Source: Ramazzottius varieornatus (Eukaryota > Animalia > Tardigrada). Taken from it: a stretch of DNA of 64,000 bases. This document shows positions 36,470 through 49,300 of this stretch, one piece after another (position 1 is the first letter of the stretch; the number at the start of each line of letters is the position of its first letter). The translations under genes and the position numbers were made by a program. The DNA lies in assembly GCA_001949185.1 (NCBI GenBank), contig BDGG01000016.1, positions 918,777 through 982,776 on the forward strand. The letters run 5' to 3'. The notes below the pieces were generated by a model. The model searched no databases. It saw only the letters and a list, made by a program, of their open reading frames with translations, and was not told where the DNA came from.

Positions 36470-39400
36470 ATGAGGAGACACCAGCTAGTGCTTCTCGCCG
36501 TGCTGGCTGTTACTCGACAGTGCTCAGCAGAAGATGCAGCTGACAGCTCGACAACAGCAAGCACTTACTATCAAGTCCCGTCTTTGTCAAAGGACGAAGC
36601 GTACCTCTTTGAACCTTTCGCCAGTTCTGACCTCTTCGACAGTCCTTTGAGGTGTGTATGCAAATTTATGTTCTTGCAAGTCAGGTAGAGCGCGTATGTG
36701 TCATAAACGTTGGTTGCGGTGAATTTTACGCTCGTTTTCCGGTTCTCTAGTTGGGTGCAGTCGACGTCAAAGAAGGACCATGCCGACTCTACTGAAGTTG
36801 AAAAATACGACGGTAAGCATCAACTTCCGTGCCTGCATTTTTATCTCTGCCACAGCTAAGAAGGAATGTTCACCTCTTCTCTCCAGGAGAATGGGCTGTC
36901 GAATCGACCAATGTTTCCAGCATGGCTGGAGACTATGCCTTGGTTCTGAAGGTGAGTTGATGACCCCTGACTGGTTCTTTAGACCCAAAACTCTCTGACG
37001 GGGGCCTGGGTTCATGCTTAATATTCATATCGATAAGAGAACCGATTTTTGAGATGCGTTGGCCAGATGTATTTTTTAGTCTGGAGCAAAGCACCACGGA
37101 ATAGCAGTGAAGCTTGACCGGCCTTACTCCTTCTCCGGGAAACCTTTCGTCTTTCAGTAAGTCTGAATATGCCTTCGGGTAGCTCGTACATCTTCATACT
37201 GGTTCGGTACTACCATTATATACGAATTTCCGTTTTTAGATACGACGTGAAGTTTATGAATGGACAAGAATGCGGCGGCGCTTACGTGAAGCTGCTACAG
37301 AAAGGTTCCCTCAGCGACTTGGTACGTTTGGATTTTTCGTATCTCTACGCTGCTGATGATCCGTATCTTTATTCTTTGGTGTGTTTACAGAAACAGTTGA
37401 ACGACAAGACGCCCTTCACCATCATGTTCGGTCCGGACAAGTGCGGGAAGGAAACTCACTTGCGCTTCATCTTCCAACATAAGAACCCTCAAACCCACGC
37501 ATACGAGGTATGGTGTAATTTCTTCTCCGTTGCGGTGTTGATTCTGGTGCTCATTGAGTTGTTTGAATGGTAGGAGAAGCATTGGATTGAGCCGTCTAGC
37601 TTAAAGACGGAAGATTGGATAAACAGCAAGAAGTCTCATCTGTACACGTTGACCATCAATCCAGACAGCACTTTTAAGATCTACGTGGACCAAAATGAAG
37701 TGGGCTCTGGATCTCTCCTTGAAGACTTCAAGTAGGCCTTGGCCTTATTCTTTTTACCAGCATCAACTGACTTAGCCTAATGCACATCTCTTTTCGCTTC
37801 AGACCGCCGGTCAATCCTCCGGCCGAAGTTGACGACCCGGAAGACAGGAAGCCTGAAGACTGGGACGAACGCAAAACGTAAGACAGTGGCTTCAGAAGGT
37901 TTTCACAGTTTATTTTGTGTATTGGTCAAACGGCTCCTCACTCCTTTGAGTAATGTACGGGAAGTAAAAGCAACTTCTTCTGTTTCGTGTTTAATTTACA
38001 GGATAACCGACACAAATGCCGTCAAGCCCGCAAACTGGTATGTCTATTGTTCCAGTTGTTGCTTTACTGAGAAGATTGATCTTTTGTTCTTATTAGGGAT
38101 GAGGAAGCACCCGCCAAGATTCGGGATCCTTCCGCCACCATGCCCGCAGGCTGGTTGGTCGATGAACCGCAAATGATCTACGATGAGGGCGCTACCAAGC
38201 CCGTAGACTGGTATAACCGCAGACCTGAATTATCTTGAGCGTTTGTCTCATGATGTTAGTTGACAGCACTGAACTGAGCGGTTGGTCGTGTCGTGTAGGG
38301 ACGTGGAGATGGACGGTGAGTGGGAAGCGCCGCAGGTTGAGAACCCAAAGTGTAAAGACGTTGGTTGTGGAGACTGGGAGGCACCTTTGATTGACAATCC
38401 TCAGTGCAAGAACGGTGGTTGCGGACCTTGGACTGCTCCTCTGATCGAGAACCCAGCTTACAAGGTATGCACTTATAGCCATCGTTTCCGAAGTGAATAA
38501 GAAGAGCTCAATGGATTTGCTGTAGGGCAAATGGGCACCGCGAAGAATGCCTAATCCCGACTTCTTCGAAGACAAGGAGCCCTACAAGATGACCTCCATC
38601 GTAAGTCTTGCCTTCTTCAAACAGTTTGAATTGTTAGTACAGTAATGAACTTTGTGTTAGCGAGTGATGCTCTTGGATTCCTTGTCAACGTATCCGGAAG
38701 TCCGGCAAACAAACTTGACCAGATCGTTTCTCCAAGTGGCGCACGTTCTCAGTGATATTGGCTGGAAGCATGCGCCACTTGAGAGAACGATCTGACCGAG
38801 ATTGTTTGCCGGGCTGAGCGGGCTCCCGTCATTGCTGGATTTTACTGCATAACCCTGTTGGTTCTTTTTTAGGATGCGTTGGCTTTGGAACTATGGTCAA
38901 TCAGCAACCAGGTTCTTTTTGACAACTTTCTCATCACTGACGACAAAGCAGTGGCCGACAAAGTGGCCACCGCGACATGGAAGCTAAAGGAATCGGGAGA
39001 ATCGACTTCGATACTGGTATGTGACAAGCTTGTTTGGCTGAATTGCTCAGTTTAGCTTACGCTGAATACTTGATTTCAGCCTGCTGGACTCGACTACAAG
39101 ACGATCGGCATTATCGTAGCCACGGTGGTCGGTCTGCTGACCATCGTGCTGGTTCGTTCTTACTTCCGAAAGCAACCAGCCACAAACGTCAGAACCGAAG
39201 CTCAGACTGGCTTTGCTCAACGACCAAGGCCACAGTCTGGAGGAGGTGAGACCGACACTACCGTCCATCGCGACATTGATGCCAACATTGGCGATATCCG
39301 ACGCCAGACGGAAACCACGACCAGGGTATTGGAAGTGGAAGAGTTGGTGGACGACGTTCCACCGCTAGAAGGCGAAGCTGGCTCAGGCGACAACCAGGAG

Positions 39401-39670
39401 TCGCCAGAGAGTGACCTGGACGTCGAACCGGAAGTTGTCGACGACGACACAAATACTGCGACGTAAGTGGACCTTCCTTTTTAGTCCCTTCGGGAAATGA
39501 AGTGTACAAGGTTTCATTGCTACTGGCTGGAAGTGTGCGACACTGAGATAGCGAAACGTTTACGTTTCCTTTTCCGGCTATCCATTTTCAGTTTTTCAAC
39601 GATGTTGCTTCTTGGTTTCAGCAAAGATGACGCTGCTGTCCGGAAGCGAAGGACTGTTCGTCGCGAGTAA
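36470..39670 (+). CDS. CANX: Calnexin
   Basis: Signal peptide, [19 protein letters not shown]-domain repeats ([20 protein letters not shown]), single TM segment [17 protein letters not shown], acidic tail, and terminal exon ending RKRRTVRRE* (ER-retention-like). Confidence 0.95.
38696..38828. mobile_element. Palindromic element, calnexin intron
   Basis: Core at 38732-38781 with N25, flanked by CGGCAAAC...GTTTGCCG. Confidence 0.85.
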
Positions 39671-40143
39671 ACTATTCTTTCCTCTGGTTTCAGTACCGTT
39701 GTCTGACATTAATAAACGTGGTGTTCCAGTGGTCTGATAACTTTGATCGATGTTGCTGCTCCTTCTCGATACCAAAAAATTCGAGAAGTTTACTATCGGT
39801 TTTGCAGTCATTGCTACATGTGATACTTTTCGAGCCTTGTTTCTCGAATTCCATTTCTCCGTTTAGACTTTTGACGCGATATCGTCACGACTGTCCAACG
39901 TGTTTTTGGCTTATTGTTTTCACTGAATATTTTTTTTCTGATGAATAAATTCGTAATCTGTAATGGATTTTCCGCCTTCCCACAGTCATTTCTTCGTGCC
40001 TACGGGATCGTTTCCTTTCGTTGGAACCTCGCTTTATATTCACGGTCGTACTACAGAAGCACAGTCGAACGAACGAAGCCACCAGCCAAGTTTTATTTAT
40101 TCCAGAATTGAAGTGAACATCGAGAGCGTCTAAAAAACATATT

Positions 40144-41541
40144 CTACCAGTTTTCAGTGTTATTACCACCGCCCCAGTTGTTGGCGCCAGCTTCGGGATC
40201 AGGCTTCGTCGATGCTTGCCACTCGTGCGACACAGCCTTTCCTTGCCAATCTTCACCAGTCACCTGGAACTGGTTAGTGCTGACCTGGGGTTCCGCAGCC
40301 CACTGGAAAAAGACTAGTAATCTTAGCCCGGAAATACATTTTCAAAACTTTCTGGAAGAAGGGGAAACTTACATCTTTGACGTCCTCAATCAGCATGTTG
40401 CCCATACTCAAGCCGGCATCAGCAGCTCCTTCTTGCGAGTTGACCCAGTCGTGGGCATAGTTGGACTGTTGTTGAGTGGCAGAAGCCAATGCGGGGACAT
40501 TCTGCTGTTCTTCCTTGTCCACCTGAGGAAAATAAAAAATATTGAACCATACTTTGGACCCGGGCAAACAAAATCTTCTCAAGATCTTTTCCAAGTGGCG
40601 CACGTTCTCCGTGTTGGTGGCTGAATGAATGTACCGCTCTAGACACGAGCTGGTCGAATTTTTTTGAACACTCAAGTTGAAAAAGCTCCTCGACACGACA
40701 AAAAAAGGCTATCTAAGTTACCGCAGAAACTTTCAAGAAAGGCACATACCTCTTCGGGATCGCGATAGAAGAAAAGATCGACCATGACGCTCCATGGCTT
40801 ATCTGGTGATCGCGAGACGGTGCCACGGATGCGCAACACTTCCCGAGCCAACAGCCACCATATCAAACCGATGGATTGCGAAGCCTGAAACAAGAAGTCT
40901 CTACTGAGACACCAAAGCTCCATAAGAAACAGAAGAAAGAAAAAGGGGAAAACATACCTTGTTGTTGCACGGGATAGCGATGTCGACGAAGCGCAGCGGC
41001 GAGTCAGTGCTAGCGAAAGCAATGACTGGGATGTTAACGTAGCTGGCTTCGACGATGGGCTGGTGATCGGTACGGGGATCCGTGACGATCAACAATCTGG
41101 GCTCACGGAAAGCCTTCTGAATCTGGTTGGTAAAAGTACCGGGCGTGAAGCGGCCAGCAATGGGTGTAGCACCGGTATGCACGGCAAACTTCAGCACAGC
41201 ACGCTGTCCGTAGGGACGGGAAGAGATGACGAAAATCTCAGAGGGATCCTCGACAGCCGCCACTGCGCGAGCAGCCAGCACAATCTTCTCCCAGGTCTTT
41301 CTCAAGTTGATGATATGGATACCTGAACAACAAAGAAACAGATGCGATACGATTCTAACAGAAGGAATATTCTTGATTAGATCAACGATGCTATTTTCTT
41401 ACCATCCAGTCGTCGCTTGTAAACGTAACTTTCCATCTGGAAGTCCACATTCTGGGTACCGAGATGAGTGTTGCAAGCCAACAGCTTCAAGGCATCATCC
41501 ATGCGCAGATTCAAGACGGAGCTTTGTTCCGAGGAAGCCAT
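40144..41541 (-). CDS. RPSA: 40S ribosomal protein SA (uS2)
   Basis: [71 protein letters not shown]. Confidence 0.97.
40556..40672. mobile_element. Palindromic element with decayed right arm, RPSA intron
   Basis: CCAAGTGGCGCAC at 40591-40603. Confidence 0.65.
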
Positions 41542-41714
41542 GATTGCAGTAAATTCCTGGAAACAACACCAATCAATCAAAAGACTATTCAAATGTAAGC
41601 TAGGCACAGCTGGGACCGAATTCCTCTCATGCTAATGCACAGGCATATAGAGCTGCTCCCCCTCCTACATCAGGAAGCTGCACTTACCTTTCAATGCGTG
41701 GTCCCACAAACACC

Positions 41715-42370
41715 CAGGAAGAGATTTTATTCGCAGGATCACTGGATGAAAGTCGGAAACGTTCTCCAAGAAGCCGAAAATCTTTCACGAACCAAAAATT
41801 TTCTGACAGGCCCTTTCTGACGGCCCCTTGAGTTCTCAGGCGCGCCGTGGCACAAATCGCTGTTTTCAGTGTTCGCCCCCGGTGTTTGTATGGAGTCAGC
41901 CTGGAATATACTATGACGTCATAAATAACGTGCTTGTGCGTGTAGCAACCCTCTGAATCTCTGCTTACGTCAAGGACCTGGTTTCTGAACGAGCTGGTAA
42001 GCTAGAAGCCGAATAGGTAATACCACTGTCTGGTTCACCATGAGTCCACGACCGTATGATTAGAGATAATATAGAGATTGCGAGCGGAAGCGCGCTAGCA
42101 CAATTCAATACGCATAGAAGCATCGTGACGTCATATGTAACATAGTGTGACTCTATGAAACAGAGCCTACGAGACGAATACGTTCCTATGATGTCACGAT
42201 GTTTCTGTACGTATCGAATTGTGCTGGTGTGCTTCCGCTCGCCATCCGTATGATGTCGAGTTTCCGTGTCTGGAAACTGCTTTTCGGCCCTCGCACACCG
42301 GAGGAATAAGGGTAAAATTAAGCTGCGCCGGTGGCAGCCTGCTTTACATTCCCGTCGGTCTTTTTTCTGG
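41715..42370. promoter_or_regulatory. Bidirectional promoter region for RPSA and RPL21, with candidate TCT/TOP initiators and two CRE palindromes
   Basis: Minus-strand CTCTTCC near 41722 precedes the non-coding first exon of RPSA. Plus-strand TCTTTTTTC near 42359 lies upstream of RPL21. TGACGTCA occurs at 41914-41921 and 42126-42133. Confidence 0.55.
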
Positions 42371-42467
42371 TTCTTCATGCCGTGCTTCTAGTTGGAGGAG
42401 ATCTGCCGATCGTTACCCTGTGTTCATCTTCCCCTTTTGACTCGAATTCTGATATTCAGACCCCAGG

Positions 42468-43094
42468 ATGGTGAACACCAAAGGATACCGCCGAGGTACT
42501 CGGTACATGTTTGCGCGCAAATTCCGTCATCATGGACCTGAACACCTTTCCACCTACCTCAAAGTCTTCAAGATCGGAGAATACGTCGATGTCAAGGTAG
42601 GCCTACTACTCGCATCTCTGCCAATACCTCTCCATACATGATTGAGGATGGTGTATTCATGCTTCATGTGCTTGTAGGGTAACGGAGCCATCCAGAAGGG
42701 TATGCCTTTCAAATTCTACCACGGTAAAACCGGACGCGTCTACAACGTGACAAAGCGAGCTGTCGGAGTTATCGTCAATAAGCGAGTCAGGTTAGCACCG
42801 ACATCCTTGAGTAGTCTTTCCTATGTCATAGAATAGTGGGTGTGTGTATGCAGGACGAGGATCATTCCCAAGAAGATCAACGTTCGAATTGAGCACGTCC
42901 ACCACAGCAAATGCAGACAAGATTTCGTTACCCGTGTCAAGGATAACGATGCCAGGCGAAAGGCTGCTCGTGAGAGTGGACACTCGGTCGAACTTAAACG
43001 ACGTCCCGTCGAGCCCAGGAAGGCTCACTTTGTCAAGACCGCAAAGAACAAGCCTCAGTTGGTTGAGCCTCTCGCTTACGAATTTGTCGCCTAA
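42468..43094 (+). CDS. RPL21: 60S ribosomal protein L21 (eL21), 3 coding exons
   Basis: [71 protein letters not shown]. Confidence 0.97.
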
Positions 43095-43489
43095 ACCCGT
43101 CATGTACTAATCACATCGTTTCCTCTTCGAGTTAAAACAAAATTGGCGTAATCGATTTCCATCCTGTCTGTTGTTTCTCGCTGAAGATAATGGTACGATC
43201 GTTTATCAGTAAAACGACTCGAAGGAAAGAATGCTCCTGATTGCAGTTTCGATCAAAATCTGTGATATTTCATCGGGCCACACGAAAGTTAAGCGAACGC
43301 TTGCCGAACAGGAAAAAGCTAAAGAACAGGAATACAATACTCAAACGGTAAAACCCAGAGCACTCAACACTCTAAGTTAGGCGTCGAACGTGAAGAGAAG
43401 ATAGCCTTTGGCACAAACATTCAGAACAAAAATTCGAAGGTTTTGCAAAAGTGAGAAAATTAATTTCGAAAGAAGAGTTCAATACAGTT

Positions 43490-44447
43490 TCAAGCGCTTC
43501 TTTTCCTTTCTCTCCTTTCGGGCTTCCTGCTCTGTATGGCTTTCGGTGGAGGAGCTCCACCGCCCAACAGCTGCGACATCATCGACGACAGGTCCATCGG
43601 CTGAGAGGCCATATTGAGGGTCGACTGCATTTCCTGTAAGAATCATTCTACAAAATATGGTCCAGTAAACCGGATAAACTCGGAATGGAATTCGGACGAA
43701 ATCTGACACCAATATTCTCAGTTCTTATTCCTCTGCGGTATTTACCCTGGAAGCTTCAGGGTCGACCTGCGAAAGCAATTTCGGTATTCCGATCATCACG
43801 AGCAGCGGAAGTACCATCATGAGGACCTGTCAATAAAGAGCTAATGAAATTCCTGCAAAATCCTGTTCAACATACACGACTGCTTTGTTCGCGTTACCAT
43901 CGGATTCATGAGCATATCTGTAATCCTCATGGCTTCCTTCGCCTGAAAGTATGTCGCCTTTCGTTGAAGTTTCAACCTGAGAGGATAGGCTAGTTGGTTC
44001 TGCCCAGCGCCTCCTTCGCTTCCATCACGACGTGCTCGGATCTTTCCCTTGGACGAAATATCCACTCGAGCAGCCTCGAAGAGGAACTCAGGATGGTAGA
44101 CTTCAACTAGATAGGATCCTGGTGGTACTCCGTAGACTGTGAACGATTCACGGTCCTCACTGAAAGCACAGAGAGATTAACATTGAAATTTCTGACATAT
44201 TCGGGAATACTCACTTTAAAAATCCAAAATATTCTCCGCCGTCCAATGCGATCTTGGTCCTGACTCCATCGATGAACTTGGTGTCGTGCGACTTTACGTA
44301 GACCAGTTTACCCTCCACAGCATATAGATCTGAATCGGAGGAAGAAGCTGAGGGAGATGGATCTTTCGCAGGAACATTTTGCGCACTGGAGAAGAAATTT
44401 GTCCCTGTAACCACCGTTAACGAAAGGAGAAGATGCAGAAGGTCCAT
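43490..44447 (-). CDS. EMC7: ER membrane protein complex subunit 7
   Basis: Signal peptide, LDGGEYFGFLK, FTVYGVPPGSYLVEVYHP, ARVDISSKGKIRAR, YPLRL, TDMLMNPMVLMMVLPLLL. Confidence 0.92.
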
Positions 44448-44767
44448 AGGACTAGGTTCGTCCCTCCCGAACGAAGGTGGTGATGAGACCTACAAGCAAA
44501 GTCAGTAAAATCTGAGTATCCTGAAGAGGAAGAAGAGGAAGAAGACGAAGGAAGAAGATGAACTGATGAGTGATGAAGCACAAGGAGACAACTTCAACCA
44601 AGATGATCATCAATCAGCACGTTCACTTCATGACGTCAGGCTGGTACCGCTAAAACCGCTTCGACCGTCCGACGGATCCGCTCCGTTTGTGGTTGGCAAG
44701 CGCAGAACAGTACAGAGCTCACCGAACGCCCCTGTTGTCGCGAGCTTTGGTAAGGCCTCGAGTGGTT

Positions 44768-44810
44768 CAGTCTGCCTGACCAGTCTGCCTGACCAGTCTG
44801 CCTGACCAGT
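44768..44810 (+). repeat. 13-bp tandem repeat (CAGTCTGCCTGAC)x3
   Basis: Exact repeats visible in the sequence. Confidence 0.9.
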
Positions 44811-45029
44811 GGGCAGTGGCCAGAGCGGCAGAGCCCCCAGACTCCAGAGGAACAACGTTGTAACAGTTGATTTCTTGCAGAAAAGTACCGGTAAACAAAA
44901 CTTGGATACCGTGTCGGACTTGCATTTTGAACCTTCGCACTATTAGTGGTACTTCTGTCCGAGAACGTCCGCGTTATTCCAGAGTGGACCGACTGTAACG
45001 AAGACTTCAGCGAGTGGAAGAGTTGAAAG

Positions 45030-45738
45030 ATGTCGATCCCCGAGTTGCGGGATAGCGCGCGTTCTTCGCGAGAGAAGATCTGGCACAAGTCGAAGCGAGC
45101 CAAGCAACTCCTCAAACAATTGTGGCTCGACTTCCGGTAATAGACGTCTCCAAAAAATATAATACTATCTGTGCTATACCGTTGTTCCAGGTGGGAAAAT
45201 TAGTGCAGAGCTGCGTATCCACGTTGCGGAACTGCAACTCAGTCGTCCTCATCCAACCGGAAGTCGCTTTTCCGAGCTCTTACACTCTCCAGATACTCCC
45301 CAAGGTTTCCTTCGTCAGTGCCGCTCCCGCCACACGACATCTCCGTTGAGGCTCCGTTGAGCCGGTGTCCCGTCTCTTGTCGGCGATATGGACGCCGGAG
45401 AGCCGATACTGTGCGAAGCACCGAGTACTACGGCCTAGCCGAACGAAGCGCCCAGTGGAGAACCGTGAGAGTTTCACCTGGCTCGTTGCTTCACAGGCTA
45501 GCAGCCTTATCTGTTGTCACTTGATTCCTTACGGTGTCTTTTCAGCATCCTTGAACAGATATCCGAGACCGTATCAACTCTCGAAGTCTGGCGGTGGTAT
45601 GATGATTCCGTTTTGCCTGGTGGATCTTCGCCTTTCTTCGCTTACACCATCATATCGTCATATCGGTTGGCCAACAAGCAAAACGTACAAGATCGACTAG
45701 ATCGTGTTTCTTCAAATAGCGCACGTACTCCTTTCTAA
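45030..45738 (+). CDS. Hypothetical small spliced protein, no recognisable family
   Basis: GT-AG joins give a continuous frame MSIPELRDS...LWLDFR|YSPRFPSS...QWRT|ISETVSTLEVWRWY...TPF*. No motif support. Confidence 0.3.
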
Positions 45739-46324
45739 TAGCTGGGGATGTGCGCCGCTTCAGAAAGCGATGTTGTACGGTTTCACATAAATTGCCATGC
45801 TTCGGTTTCAGACAACAAGAGAGTTTCTGGAAACCACAGATATATCGACCGACCAACAGGTAAATTGTATTTAGGTATAAACGGGATTTGATGGGATACT
45901 TACAAGTCAGGGCACTTTACCCTCGAAATGGTGCCGTATTAACATTTTGAAAGACTCTTCAGAAAGACGAAACTTGTCTTTTTAGTGCAACATCCCGCCC
46001 CATCGGTGAGTAAACAGAGATCGCCATGCAAGTCGACAGGCCATCCATCTTATTGTATAAAGTGAAGTATCGTATGGATCAGTTACCACATTGTCCGCCA
46101 CATTTGTTTGTTGTATCAATAAATAATAACCATCGCTTCTGTCAGTTGTCTCTCACTCTTACACCTCTCCGTCTTTTGTCTCAACATCTGTGGTTTATCA
46201 TTCTCTTGTTTCTGTAGAATGTTTCTTGTTGTGTACTTCAGCTAGGGCGGCATGCAACATCGAAGTATGCGGCTGGGGAACTTTTGATGAACCTCGAAAA
46301 ACTTCACTTCCGGTCAGTTCGGGC

Positions 46325-49300
46325 ATGATGGATACTACCGACGAGACGCTTCCCGAAACGAGCTCTCCTTCGGCGTTTAAGTCCAGCGAAGTTAAAGACT
46401 TACAATCGGCTCATAAGCCTCTCAGGTTCTGTCAGAGTATCGGCGAGGACTCGGCCATCGGTATGCAGCTGCCTGATGAGGCTCTCCTCAACAACGCCGA
46501 CACCGTCTCCGAAAATTCCTTCCGCTCGGTTTCCCAAACGGATGATCGTATCCTCCTCAATGCTGAACCTGCTGATTCGGTTTCAATGGCACCAACTGAG
46601 CAGCCTACCTTCAGCAAGGACATGAACCCGAACCGACATGTTCCCCTTGGGCGGCAACGGTCAACTGACACCAGTAAGTTCTTCTCGGTCACCCCATCTT
46701 CTTGCCCTCCTTCCAGACAGAACTCCGTCGTTCAAGAATCTGCATTTGAGACGTACAACCCCATGTTCTCCCGAGCTCCTCCCTCTGTTGTGAACCATGG
46801 TCCTCACGTGATACACCACGCGAACACTTTTCCGGCCCTTCACCCCATAAACGAAGTGCAATCTATGGCGGGACCTCAGTACCAAATGCGGAACTTTCAA
46901 TATGCCTCTCAACCACAAGCAGTTCTTCATGCTTCGAATGGTCAGCTGGTGCCTTTAAGGGGACCAGGTTATGGAGCCATGTGTAACATGGGGAATAATG
47001 GAGCGAGTTTGTATGGTTCTCCATACTATACGGTACAGTCCCCACCGTCAATTAGCGATATGTCCCGAATGTCATCCCAAGCTTGCTTCAGTCCCGAGCA
47101 ACCTTATGACGTCCGGGTGTCCTTCCCTTTCCCGAAACCTCCTGTCCAGAAGACGGAAAGTTTGGTGACCAGTAATGCTTCCATGTACTATACGGAGGAT
47201 ATCGCGGCGTTGCGACCGCTGCATACGCGTCCGTCGCATGGTTCTTCCAGTTCGGATGAGGAAGTGTCGAAGAAGATGAAGAACCGCTTGTTCAGGTAAT
47301 TTAAACTTTCATCCGGATTTCGCATGCAAACTAGTCTTGGTATCGAAAGCGGAAGTTGAAAGATAAGGTCCCAATGGGACATCGGCGAACTAAATTAACG
47401 AGTATCGTTGTTCCAAGTGGAGCACGCTGTCAGCTAGTGACTTCGAAAGCGTGCAACACTCGTTAGAAACTTAAAACGATCTTGTAGAGTTTGCTCCCCA
47501 TTAATACTTGACATAAATGTATATCAATTAAGAAGAACTTTTTTGATTATAATCATATCCGTTTTTCTTTGTTTATAGGCATGTGATCACAAAGACGCTG
47601 AGTAGTGTCTACGCCATCTTTGTCATCGTGTTGGGGGCCATTCTTTACGTAAATGACGTGCTGGGGACGGTCGGACACAGTTACGTCGAGGTAAGGTGAT
47701 CCGTGAGAATATTAAAGTATCGCTAGTCGATCGGGGGGATAGTTGATGTGGTCTTACAGCTCTTGCCTGATGCCTCGAGTATCCACCCCGGAGCAAAGTA
47801 ACCATGTCTCTCAGAGTGCAGTTCTAACGACCTGGGTTCGACCACGGTCTGTGAGGTTTTCGGTTTCCGAATAAACCAGACATAGTTTATGTAAGAATTA
47901 CGGGTCCTTCGCATAAATTTATCGGTCAGCTCCGGGTTTACAAGTCTTCCTTCCCCAAAATCAGATTTCTAAAAGTTTTCCTCGGTACTTCCGGGTCCGC
48001 TTTGCTTCCTGCTACCTGTGCTTCTTGGACCCGGATGGTATAGAAATTCGTTCTCGTCAACGATCCACAAGTTCTTCGCTTGTCGGACAACGAACGAGTA
48101 TCTGTTGTAACGTTATACCGCAACGTGACGAAGATCCAGCAGCGGGCCTTACGTTGCTGATCAGGAGTCGAAAACAATGTGTAACGTTTCTGAATAATTT
48201 TGTGGTCAGTATGACGGACCACGTTTCCACACTATGGCTATTATGCTTGGGTTTGATACACGTGCCGATTGAACCCGTTCAAACACTTCACGATGAAGAG
48301 TCCCAAATCATTATGATAAGACTCACTTCAAGACATCAAGTGCAGTAAAAAAATGTATCAAAAAATTTTATATGAACAATTTAACGCCGATTTTCATTGG
48401 AGAACGTTCGCCTTGACATAGAATCGGAAAATCCTATTTTATTTCCGCTAATTCCGTTTTCAAGATGGCAGCACTTGGAATTCAAGAGATCAATAAGTGC
48501 GGTTTCAGGTGTTCCAGATATACTTATTTATGATCGCCATCACATTCTACATATTTATTCACATCGACATCCGGCGTCACCTTCAAACTCAAAGACTCGA
48601 TGAACTTGCCTGCGAAGAGGAAAACGCCGCCTTGGCGGATGTCACTCGTGATTTCCATGCTCGTGGTCCTTCCAAGACCACACCGCTAAACCTCCGATAT
48701 GGGAATGATCCAACGCTGCGCGATGCTCGATTCGAGGAACTTGAAGAACCATCAGTCTACCGGTTCAACACGGGCCGACATGCCGGAAGTCTTTACCTCA
48801 AACTTGGAGCCGTCGGTTAGTTTAAAAATATTGAAACAAATTCAAGAAATTGGACGTCGGCAAATGATGTCTCCCAGATGGTATTCTCAGGTCACGCATT
48901 TTTACATTGCTATAGGGTGACAGAGTGCGCCACCTCGAGAGACGATCTTGTCAATTTTGGTTTTCTTAAGTGGCGCACATTGCATTAATATTTAGTGAGA
49001 GCGTGCGCCGTTTGATAAAAACGATCTGGGTAAATCCATTTGTCGACGTCCCAAATACTCTTATACATAGGTATCAATTCCGTTTCTGTATCTTATATTA
49101 AAACTATAGTAATCAGTCTTTGTTCTAGCGTTTTGCTTCGGCAGTATGATCCATGACGGACTGGTCTTCAGCAAGCGTCTGGACATTGCCGTCACACAGC
49201 TGCACTCATCATGCATGAACATAATTGACCTCTTCACTCCGGCACTCAACCTTGTCTTCTCTTTCTACCAACTCTACTTTATTTTCAAACATTCCAACGT

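Noticed and set aside
41558-41688. H/ACA snoRNA in the first RPSA intron
   Set aside because: An ACA and an AGAGGA are present on the minus strand, but I could not fold a convincing two-hairpin structure. An Infernal or snoReport search would be needed.
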